DNA of 64,000 nucleotides from an uncultured Candidatus Binatia bacterium (lineage in GTDB: Bacteria; Desulfobacterota; Binatia; Bin18): the NCBI GenBank assembly GCA_965200965.1, contig OZ241744.1, forward strand, positions 1,120,001 to 1,184,000, written 5' to 3'. Each line of letters begins with the position of its first letter. Position 1 is the first letter of the stretch. The translations under genes and the position numbers were made by a program. Positions 21,101 to 28,779 of the stretch are shown here, piece after piece. The notes beneath the pieces are model-generated. The model was not told the origin of the DNA and searched no databases. It worked only from the letters and a program-made list of their open reading frames with translations.

Positions 21101-21387
21101 TCAACCAGCACCAGCGGCACTTCGAAGACAACGCCGTAGTAGCGGTCGTGGGGGGCACCGGGGGAGCGCAGGGTCTCGGTGTCGCCCAGCGCATAGGCGA
21201 TTGCCGCCTGGCCGATCCCACGTTGCTGATCCCCGTCCAACCCCACCGCGTAATCGTCAAGAACGGCCACGCCCACCACGGCCAGCACCGCCAGGGCCAG
21301 CAGGACACTGTGGCGGGCCACGAAAGCCACCGCTGCCGTGCCCCAGCCGGCCACGGACCGGGGAACGGAGGGACGCCCGCTGGTCAT
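18109..21387 (-). CDS. Array copy C10: GT-C glycosyltransferase, 3 internal modules + terminal module (1092 aa)
   Basis: ORF 18109..21531 trimmed to the coupled ATG at 21387 (MTSGRPS), preceded by a GGGAG RBS. Confidence 0.92.
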   Translation of the reverse strand: MTSGRPSVPRSVAGWGTAAVAFVARHSVLLALAVLAVVGVAVLDDYAVGLDGDQQRGIGQAAIAYALGDTETLRSPGAPHDRYYGVVFEVPLVLVERLLGLTDSRAIYLSRHLLTHLCFLAGGGGAAWLAARLFGSRWLALLALGLFVLHPRLYAHSFFNTKDIPFLVAFLGCLALIHRAWQRGGVGAYALCGVGVGVATNLRIMGGGLFVAVMVMRVVDWVRAGNRAERRQVGRTLGVFGLASVLTLYAVSPYLWGNPLELLDAIAVLSQHSHRPTMLFQGELIRWPAIPAHYIPTWLAITTPPGVLLLSLIGTAGVLWQTLTHPGEWLRNPTTRFEGLLVACVLLPVGAVIVLNASVYNGWQQMYFLYAPLCLLAVAGLRRLAGMCRWPALRAGVYGLAVAGLAGVVIEMVGLHPYQHLYFNRLVDRNTPEYLRGQYSMDYWWTAYREGLEYLFQHYPASPISLAEYSVNWAILPKADRRRIVFADGIGEEVDFHMSSPRDKSRNLPFAPVVYTRQVYNNTIFTVSAIDPTVVDAATAERYRQLYQATTAGRPLLRSAFDLYLDGATLTWVKAPCHPADMRGRFVVDVIPVDPAAAAGRPWWRPGAGREVLHFDFFDYGVRVDGACLLRPPLPPYAIQTLEVRMIAPGDIEHLHVAIEWTPAGVTATERVLNPVVAATAERYRQLYRATTAGRPLFRSAFDLYREGATLSWVKAPCRPADVQGRFAVDVIPVDPAAAAGRPGWRPGAGREILHFDFSDYGASLDGTCLIRHPLPPYAIRALEVHMVAPGNIERLHVAIEWTPAGVTATERVLNPVVAATAERYRQLYRATTAGRPLFRSAFDLYRDGATLSWVKAPCRPADVRGRFVVSVVPVDPAAAAGRPVWRPRSGREILRFDFFDYGVHLDGACLLRPPLPPYAIQTLEARLITPGGVDRWHVALAWSAAGVRATDLLEARYRAVVAAPPVARSAFALYLEGRTLTYVKAGCQRADTRGRFFLHVFPRDRAVLAAARRSLGFAVLDFGFDWWRHDISHVQQTARFADKCLATVRLPAYPLARLRTGQVAGAGGGWAVDVALPERGGAGRPLPGVSQ
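18530..19780 (-). repeat. Intragenic 423-bp (141-aa) tandem module x3 in C10
   Basis: gtagagttgccggta recurs at 18901, 19324 and 19747 (spacing 423). Confidence 0.93.
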
Positions 21388-23870
21388 TGAGGGACTCCCG
21401 GCAGGGGCCGCCCCGCCCCGCCTCGCTCCGGCAACGCCACGTCCACCGCCCAGCCCCCGCCCGCCCCAGCGACCTGCCCGGTGCGCAGCCGCGCCAGAGG
21501 ATAGGAGGGCAGCCGCACCGTCGCCAGACACTTGTCAGCAAACCGCGCCGTCTGCTGCACATGTGGCAGGCGGTGCCGCCGCCGGTGGAAGCTGAAATCC
21601 AGGACCGCAAACCCGGCTGGCCGCCGCGCAGCGGCCAGCACCCCCCGCTCCCGGGGAAAGACATGCAGGAAGAAGCGCCCCCGCGTGTCCGCCCGCTGAC
21701 ACCCCGCTTTGACATACGTCAGGGTCCGCCCCTCCAGGTACAGGGCAAAGGCGGAGCGGGCCACCGGCGGGACCGCCACCACCGCCCGGTATCGCGCCTC
21801 AAGCAGGTCGGTGGCGCGCACGCCAGCAGCCGACCACGCCAGGGCAACGTGCCAGCGATCCACGCCCCCAGGGGCGATCAGGCGGGCTTCAAGGGCGTGG
21901 ATCGCATAGGAGGGCAGTGTCCGCCGGATCAGACACGCCCCGTCAACGCGGACCCCGTAATCGGGAAAGATGAAGGTCAGGACCTTAACGCCTGGCATCC
22001 GACGCCACGCGAGGCGGTCGGCAGCGGCAGCGGGATCCACGGGCACGACAGAGACCACGAAACGCCCCCGCACATCGACCGGACGGCAGGGGGCCTTCAC
22101 CCAGGTCAGGGTGCTCCCGTCCAGGTACAGGTCGAACGCCGAGCGAAGGAGGGGCGGCCCGGCGGTGGTGGCCCAGTAGAACTGCCGGTAGCGCTCGGCG
22201 GTGGCCGCGTCCACCAGGGCCGGGTCGATCGCGCTCACCGTGAGGATGGTGTTGTTGTAGACTTGGCGGGTGTAGACAACGGGTGCGAAGGGGAGATCAA
22301 AGCCGTCTCTCCACCCACTGAACACACGATCGGCTACATAAAAGTCCCCCTCCTCCTCCACTCCGTCGGCGAAGACAATGCGACGCCGGGCTGCCTTGGG
22401 AAGGATACCCCAGTTCCGTATGTAATGGCCACTAGGCTGGCCGTTGCCGGTGGGGTTGCCCAACACCAGGGAGACGGGTGAGGCGGGATAGCGCTGGAGC
22501 AGATATTCCAGCCCCTCCCGGTACGCCGTCCCCCAATACTCCATGTCATACTGCCCACGCAGATACTCGGGCGTGTGCCGGTCCACCAACCGGTTGAAAT
22601 AGAGGTGCTGGTAGGGATGAAGCCCAACCATTTCGATGACCACGCCAGCCAGGCCAGCCACAGCCAAGCCATAGACACCGGCCCGCAGGGCTGGCCAGCG
22701 GCATACGCCAGCCAGCCGCCGCAGACCAGCCACGGCCAGCAGACACAGCGGGGCGTAGAGGAAATACATCTGCCGCCAGTTGTTATAGACGTTGGCATTG
22801 AGGACGATGACGGCCCCAACGGGCAGGAGCACGCAGGCCACGAGCAGGCCCTCAAAGCGGGTGGTGGGGTTGCGAAGCAACTCGCCGGGGTGGGTCAGAG
22901 TCCGCCAGAGCACGCCAGCCGCCCCGATGAGGCTCAGCAGCAGCACGCCCGGCGGGGTGGTGATGGCCAGCCAGGTCGGAATGTAGTGGGCCGGAATGGC
23001 CGGCCAGCGGATTGCCTCGCCTTGGAAAAGCGTAACAACCCGGAAAGGATGCTGGGAGAAAACCGTAAACGTTTCGACCACCTCCAGGGGATTACCCCAC
23101 AGATGGGGCGAGACCGCATACAGCGTCAAGACACCGGCCAGCCCGAACACCCCCAGCGTCCTCCCCACCTGCCGCCGCTCCGCCCGACTCCCCGCCCACC
23201 CCCAATCCACTACCCGCATCACCACCACCGCCACAAACAATCCCCCGCCCATGATGCGTAAGTTCGTTGCGACCCCCACCCCCACCCCACACAGCGCATA
23301 CGCCCCCACCCCCCCCCGCTGCCACGCCCGGTGAATCAGGGCCAGACAGCCCAGGAAGGCCACCAGGAAGGGGATGTCCTTGGTGTTGAAAAACGAGTGG
23401 GCATACAGCCGGGGATGGAGCACGAAGAGGCCGAGGGCCAGCAGGGCCAGCCAGCGGCTGCCGAACAACCGGGAGGCCAGCCAGGCCGCCCCCCCGCCGC
23501 CGGCCAGAAAGCAGAGGTGGGTGAGCAGATGGCGGCTCAAGTAGATGGCACGGCTGTCGGTGAGACCCAGCAGCCGCTCAATCAGCACCAGCGGCACTTC
23601 GAAGACGACACCGTAGTGGCGGTCATGGGGAGGGAGACCGGGGGGCGCGTGCAGGGTCTCGGTGTCGCCCAGCGCATAGGTGATTGCCGCCTGGGCAATT
23701 CGGCGCAGGGCTTGCTCGTCCACCCCCACCCCGTAATCGTCAAGAACGGCCAGGCCCACCACGGCCAGCACCGCCAGGGCCAGCAGGACACTGTGGCGGG
23801 CCACGAAAGCCACCGCCGCCGTGCCCCAGCCGGCCACGGACCGGGGAACGGAGGGACGCCCGCTGCTCAT
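21384..23870 (-). CDS. Array copy C9: GT-C glycosyltransferase (828 aa)
   Basis: Intact ORF from the coupled ATG; has a divergent patch EVVETFTVFSQHPFRVVTL. Confidence 0.92.
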   Translation of the reverse strand: MSSGRPSVPRSVAGWGTAAVAFVARHSVLLALAVLAVVGLAVLDDYGVGVDEQALRRIAQAAITYALGDTETLHAPPGLPPHDRHYGVVFEVPLVLIERLLGLTDSRAIYLSRHLLTHLCFLAGGGGAAWLASRLFGSRWLALLALGLFVLHPRLYAHSFFNTKDIPFLVAFLGCLALIHRAWQRGGVGAYALCGVGVGVATNLRIMGGGLFVAVVVMRVVDWGWAGSRAERRQVGRTLGVFGLAGVLTLYAVSPHLWGNPLEVVETFTVFSQHPFRVVTLFQGEAIRWPAIPAHYIPTWLAITTPPGVLLLSLIGAAGVLWRTLTHPGELLRNPTTRFEGLLVACVLLPVGAVIVLNANVYNNWRQMYFLYAPLCLLAVAGLRRLAGVCRWPALRAGVYGLAVAGLAGVVIEMVGLHPYQHLYFNRLVDRHTPEYLRGQYDMEYWGTAYREGLEYLLQRYPASPVSLVLGNPTGNGQPSGHYIRNWGILPKAARRRIVFADGVEEEGDFYVADRVFSGWRDGFDLPFAPVVYTRQVYNNTILTVSAIDPALVDAATAERYRQFYWATTAGPPLLRSAFDLYLDGSTLTWVKAPCRPVDVRGRFVVSVVPVDPAAAADRLAWRRMPGVKVLTFIFPDYGVRVDGACLIRRTLPSYAIHALEARLIAPGGVDRWHVALAWSAAGVRATDLLEARYRAVVAVPPVARSAFALYLEGRTLTYVKAGCQRADTRGRFFLHVFPRERGVLAAARRPAGFAVLDFSFHRRRHRLPHVQQTARFADKCLATVRLPSYPLARLRTGQVAGAGGGWAVDVALPERGGAGRPLPGVPQ

Positions 23871-26311
23871 TGAGAGACTCCCGGCAGGGGCCGCCCAGCC
23901 CCGCCTCGCTCCGGCAACGCCACGTCCACCGCCCAGCCCCCGCCCGCCCCAGCGACCTGCCCGGTGCGCAGCCGTGCCAGAGGATAGGCGGGCAGTTGTA
24001 CCGTCGCCAGACACTTGTCAGCAAACCGCGCCGCCTGCTGTACATGCGGCATGGCGTGCCGCCACCAGTCGTCAAAACTGAAATCCAGGACCGCAAACCC
24101 CAAGGACCGCCGCGCAGCGGCCAGCACCCCCCGGTCCCGGGGAAAGACATGCAGGAAGAAGCGCCCCCGCGTGTCCGCCCGCTGACACCCCGCTTTGACA
24201 TACGTCAGGGTCCGCCCCTCCAGGTACAGGGCAAAGGCAGAGCGGGCCACCGGCGGGACCGCCACCACCGCCCGGTATCGCGCCTCAAGCAGGTCGGTCG
24301 TGCGCACGCCAGCAGCCGACCACGCCAGGGCAACGTGCCAGCGATCCACGCCCCCGGGGGTGATCAGGCGGGCTTCAAGCGTTTGGATCGCATACGGGGG
24401 CAGCGGATGCCGGATCAGACACGCCCCGTCAAGGTGGACCCCGTAATCGGAAAAGCGGAAGGGCAGGATCTCACGGCCTGGCCCCGGCCGCCACCGGGGG
24501 CGGCCGGCAGCAGCAGCAGGGTCCACGGGCACCACATAGACCGTGAAGCGCCCCCACACATCGGCCAAGCGACAGGGGGCCTTCACCCAACTCAAGGTGG
24601 CCCCGTCCCGGTACAGGTCAAACGCCGAACGGAGCAGGGGCCGCCCGGCGGTGGTGGCCCGGTAGAGTTGCCGGTAGCGCTCGACGGTGGCCGGGTCGCT
24701 CGCGCGCACTACGAGGATGGTGTTGTTATAGACTTGGCGGGTGTAGACAATGGGTGCGAAGGGGCGATCATAGTGTGCTCCCCACCCTCTGAACCCACTA
24801 CTGTCCAGAGAAAAGTCCCCCTCCTCCACTCCGTCGGCAAGGATGATACGACGCCGGTCCGCCTTGGGCAGGATAGCCCGGTTCATGATGTACGGAGGGA
24901 TGCGGTCCGGCACTAGAGAGATGGGTGAGGCGGGCTGGCGCTGGAGCAGATATTCCAGCCCCTCCAGGTACGCCGTCTCCCAGGAGTCCATCTGGTACTG
25001 CCCACGCAGGTACTCGGGCGTACTCCGGTCCACCAGCCGGTTGAAATAGAGGTGCTGGTGGGGATGAAGCCCAACCATTTCGATGACCACACCGGCCAGG
25101 CCAGCCACGGCCAGGCCATGGACACCGGCCCGCAGGGCCGGCCAGCGGCACACGCCAGCCAGCCGCCGCAGACCAGCCACGGCCAGCAGACACAGCGGGG
25201 CGTAGAGGAAATACATGTGCCGCCAGCCATTGTAGACATTGGCATTCAGGACGATGACAGCCCCAACGGGCAGGAGCACGCAGGCTACGAGCAGCCCCTC
25301 AAAGCGGGTGGTGGGGTTGCGAAGCAACTCGCCGGGGTGGGTCAGAGTCTGCCAGAGCACGCCAGCCGCCCCGATGAGGCTCAGCAGCAGTACGCCCGGC
25401 GGGGTGGTGATGGCCAACCAGGTCGGAATGTAGTGGGCCGGAATGGCCGGCCAGCGGATTGCCTCGCCTTGAAAGAGCGTAGGAGGACGGCTAGGGTGCT
25501 GGGAGAGAATTGCAATCGCGTCAAGCAACTCCAAGGGATTGCCCCACAGATAGGGCGAGACCGCATACAGCGTCAAGACACCGGCCAGCCCGAACACCCC
25601 CAGCGTCCTCCCCACCTGCCGCCGTTCCGCCCGACTCCCCGCCCGCACCCAATCCACCACCCGCATCACCACCACCGCCACAAACAATCCCCCACCCATG
25701 ATGCGTAAGTTCGTTGCGACCCCCACCCCCACCCCACACAGCGCATACGCTCCCACCCCCCCCCGCTGCCACGCCCGATGAATCAGCCCCAGACAGCCCA
25801 GGAAGGCCACCAGGAAGGGAATGTCCTTGGCGTTGAAAAACGAGTGGGCATACAGCCGGGGATGGAGGACGAAGAGGCCGAGGGCCAGCAGGGCCAGCCA
25901 GCGGCTGCCGAACAGCCGGGAGGCCAGCCAGGCCGCGCCCCCGCCGCCGGCCAGAAAGCACAGGTGGGTGAGCAGATGGCGGCTCAAGTGGATGGCGCGG
26001 CTGTCGGTGAGACCCAGCAGCCGCTCAACCAGCACCAGCGGCACTTCGAAGACAACGCCGTAGTAGCGGTTGTGGGGGGGACCGGGGGGGCGCAGGGTCT
26101 CGGTCTCGCCCAGCGCATAGGCGATTGCCGCTTGGCCGCGCCCGCGTTGCAGCTCCTCGTCCACCCCCACTCCGTAATCGTCAAGGACGGCCAAGCCCAC
26201 CACGGCCAGCACCGCCAGGGCCAGCAGGACACTGTGGCGGGCCACGAAAGCCACCGCCGCCGTGCCCCAGCCGGCCACGGACCAGGGGACAGAGGGACGC
26301 CCGCTGCTCAT
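23867..26311 (-). CDS. Array copy C8: GT-C glycosyltransferase (814 aa)
   Basis: Intact ORF from the coupled ATG at 26311. Confidence 0.92.
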   Translation of the reverse strand: MSSGRPSVPWSVAGWGTAAVAFVARHSVLLALAVLAVVGLAVLDDYGVGVDEELQRGRGQAAIAYALGETETLRPPGPPHNRYYGVVFEVPLVLVERLLGLTDSRAIHLSRHLLTHLCFLAGGGGAAWLASRLFGSRWLALLALGLFVLHPRLYAHSFFNAKDIPFLVAFLGCLGLIHRAWQRGGVGAYALCGVGVGVATNLRIMGGGLFVAVVVMRVVDWVRAGSRAERRQVGRTLGVFGLAGVLTLYAVSPYLWGNPLELLDAIAILSQHPSRPPTLFQGEAIRWPAIPAHYIPTWLAITTPPGVLLLSLIGAAGVLWQTLTHPGELLRNPTTRFEGLLVACVLLPVGAVIVLNANVYNGWRHMYFLYAPLCLLAVAGLRRLAGVCRWPALRAGVHGLAVAGLAGVVIEMVGLHPHQHLYFNRLVDRSTPEYLRGQYQMDSWETAYLEGLEYLLQRQPASPISLVPDRIPPYIMNRAILPKADRRRIILADGVEEGDFSLDSSGFRGWGAHYDRPFAPIVYTRQVYNNTILVVRASDPATVERYRQLYRATTAGRPLLRSAFDLYRDGATLSWVKAPCRLADVWGRFTVYVVPVDPAAAAGRPRWRPGPGREILPFRFSDYGVHLDGACLIRHPLPPYAIQTLEARLITPGGVDRWHVALAWSAAGVRTTDLLEARYRAVVAVPPVARSAFALYLEGRTLTYVKAGCQRADTRGRFFLHVFPRDRGVLAAARRSLGFAVLDFSFDDWWRHAMPHVQQAARFADKCLATVQLPAYPLARLRTGQVAGAGGGWAVDVALPERGGAGRPLPGVSQ

Positions 26312-28779
26312 TGAGGGACCCCCGGCAGGGGTCGCCCAGCCCCGCCTCGCTCCGGCAACGCCACGTCCACCGCCCAGCCCCCGCCCGCCCCAGCGACCTG
26401 CCCGGTGCGCAGCCGTGCCAGAGGATAGGCGGGCAGTTGTACCGTCGCCAGACACTTGTCAGCAAACCGCGCCGCCTGCTGTACATGCGGCATGGCGTGC
26501 CGCCACCAGTCGTCAAAACTGAAATCCAGGACCACAAACCCCAAGGACCGCCGCGCAGCGGCCAGCACCGCCCGGTCCCGGGGGAAGACCTCCAGGAAGA
26601 AGAGCCCTTGCGTGTCCGCCCGCTGACACCCCGCTTTGACATACGTCAGGGTCCGCCCCTCCAGGTACAGGGCAAAGGCAGAGCGGGCCACCGGCGGGGC
26701 CGCCACCACCGCCCGGTACCGCGCCTGAAGCAGGTCGGTGGCGCGCACGCCAGCAGCCGACCACGCCAGGGCGACGTGCCAGCGATCCACACCCCCGGGG
26801 GTGATCAGGCGGGCTTCAAGGGTTTGGATCGCATAGGGGGGCAGCGGGGGCCGGAGCAGACACGTCCCGTCAAGGCGGCCTCCATAATCGGAAAAGCCGA
26901 AATGCAGAATCTCACGGCTTGGCCCCGGCCGCCACCCGGGGCGGCCAGCAGCGGCAGCGGGGTCCACGGGCACGACATAGACCACGAAGCGCCCCCGCAC
27001 ATCGGCCGGCCGGCAGGGGGCCTTCACCCAGGTCAGGGTGCTCCCCTCCAGGTACAGGTCAAACGCCGAGCGGAGCAGGGGCGGCCTGTCTGTTGTGGTC
27101 CGGTAGAGCTGTTGGTAGCGCTCGGCGGTGGCCTCATCCACCAAGGCCGGGTCACTCGCACTCACCGTGAGGATGGTGTTGTTGTAGACTTGGCGGGTGT
27201 AGACAATGGGCATGAAGGGGCGATCATAACGCTCTCTCCACCCTCTGAACGCACGACTGTTCAGAGAAAAGTCCCCCTCCTCCTCCTCCACTCCGTCGGC
27301 AAAGATGATGCGACGCCGGTCCGCCTTGGGCAGGATAGCCCGGTTCATGGTGTACGGATGACCATTGGGATGGTCCGGCACTAGAGAGATAGGTAAGGCG
27401 GGATAGTGCTGGAGCAGATATTCCAGCCCCTCCCGGTACACCGTCCGCCAGTAGTCCATGCCGTACTGCCCACGCAGATACTCGGGCGTATTCCGGTCCA
27501 CCAGCCGGTTGAAATAGAGGTGCTGGTAGGGATGAAGCCCAACCATTTCGATGACCACACCGGCCAGGCCAGCCACGGCCAAGCCATGGACACCGGCCCG
27601 CAGGGCCGGCCAGCGGCACATGCCAGCCAGCCGCCGCAGACCAGCCACGGCCAGCAGACACAGCGGGGCGTAGAGGAAATACATGTGCCGCCAGCCATTG
27701 TAGACATTGGCATTCAGGACGATGACGGCCCCAACGGGCAGGAGCACGCAGGCCACGAGCAGGCCCTCAAAGCGGGTGGTGGGGTTGCGGAGCAACTCGC
27801 CGGGGTGGGTCAGAGTCTGCCAGAGCACACCAGCCGTCCCGATGAGGCTCAGCAGCAGCACGCCCGGCGGGGTGGTGATGGCCAGCCAGGTCGGAATGTA
27901 GTGCGCCGGAATGGCCGGCCAGCGGATTGCCTCGCCTTGAAAGAGCATAATGGGATGGTGAGAGTGCTGGGAGAGAACTGCAATCGCGTCAAGCAACTCC
28001 AAGGGATTGCCCCACAGATAGGGCGAGACCGCATACAGCGTCAAGACACTGGCCAGCCCGAACACCCCCAGCGTCCTCCCCACCTGCCGCCGTTCCACCC
28101 GATTTCCCGCCCGCACCCAATCCACCACCCGCATCACCACCACCAGCACAAACAATCCCCCGCCCATGATGCGTAAGTTCGTTGCGACCCCCACCCCCAC
28201 CCCACACAGCGCATACGCCCCCACCCCCCCCCGCTGCCACGCCCGGTGAATCAGGGCCAGACAGCCCAGGAAGGCGACCAGGAAGGGGATGTCCTTGGCG
28301 TTGAAAAACGAGTGGGCATACAGCCGGGGATGGAGCACGAAGAGGCCGAGGGCCAGCAGGGCCAGCCAGCAGCTGCCGAACAGCCGGAAGGCCAGCCAGG
28401 CCGCCCCCCCGCCGCCAGCCAGAAAGCACAGGTGGGTGAGCAGATGGCGGCTCAAGTAGATGGCGCGGCTGTCGGTGAGACCCAGCAGCCGCTCAACCAG
28501 CACCAGCGGCAATTCGAAGACAACGCCGTAGTAGCGGTTGTGGGGGGGACCGGGGGGGCGCAGGGTCTCGGTGTTGCCCAGCGCATAGGCGATTACCGCC
28601 TGGCCGCGCCCGCGTTGCTGATCCTCGTCCCACGCCACCCCGTAATCGTCAAGGACGGCCACGCCCACCACGGCCAGCACCGCCAGGGCCAGCAGGACAC
28701 TGTGAGCGGCCACGAAAGCCACCGCCGCCGTGCCCCAGCCGGCCACGGACCGGGGAACGGAGGAACGCCCGCTGCTCAT
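26308..28779 (-). CDS. Array copy C7: GT-C glycosyltransferase (823 aa)
   Basis: Intact ORF from the coupled ATG at 28779. Confidence 0.92.
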   Translation of the reverse strand: MSSGRSSVPRSVAGWGTAAVAFVAAHSVLLALAVLAVVGVAVLDDYGVAWDEDQQRGRGQAVIAYALGNTETLRPPGPPHNRYYGVVFELPLVLVERLLGLTDSRAIYLSRHLLTHLCFLAGGGGAAWLAFRLFGSCWLALLALGLFVLHPRLYAHSFFNAKDIPFLVAFLGCLALIHRAWQRGGVGAYALCGVGVGVATNLRIMGGGLFVLVVVMRVVDWVRAGNRVERRQVGRTLGVFGLASVLTLYAVSPYLWGNPLELLDAIAVLSQHSHHPIMLFQGEAIRWPAIPAHYIPTWLAITTPPGVLLLSLIGTAGVLWQTLTHPGELLRNPTTRFEGLLVACVLLPVGAVIVLNANVYNGWRHMYFLYAPLCLLAVAGLRRLAGMCRWPALRAGVHGLAVAGLAGVVIEMVGLHPYQHLYFNRLVDRNTPEYLRGQYGMDYWRTVYREGLEYLLQHYPALPISLVPDHPNGHPYTMNRAILPKADRRRIIFADGVEEEEGDFSLNSRAFRGWRERYDRPFMPIVYTRQVYNNTILTVSASDPALVDEATAERYQQLYRTTTDRPPLLRSAFDLYLEGSTLTWVKAPCRPADVRGRFVVYVVPVDPAAAAGRPGWRPGPSREILHFGFSDYGGRLDGTCLLRPPLPPYAIQTLEARLITPGGVDRWHVALAWSAAGVRATDLLQARYRAVVAAPPVARSAFALYLEGRTLTYVKAGCQRADTQGLFFLEVFPRDRAVLAAARRSLGFVVLDFSFDDWWRHAMPHVQQAARFADKCLATVQLPAYPLARLRTGQVAGAGGGWAVDVALPERGGAGRPLPGVPQ

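Noticed and set aside
21387-21531. 48-aa N-terminal extensions (MSGDG...) on several array ORFs
   Set aside because: They overlap the previous gene's 3' end, are absent in other copies, and the conserved RBS plus ATGA overlap marks M(T/S)SGRPS as the start.
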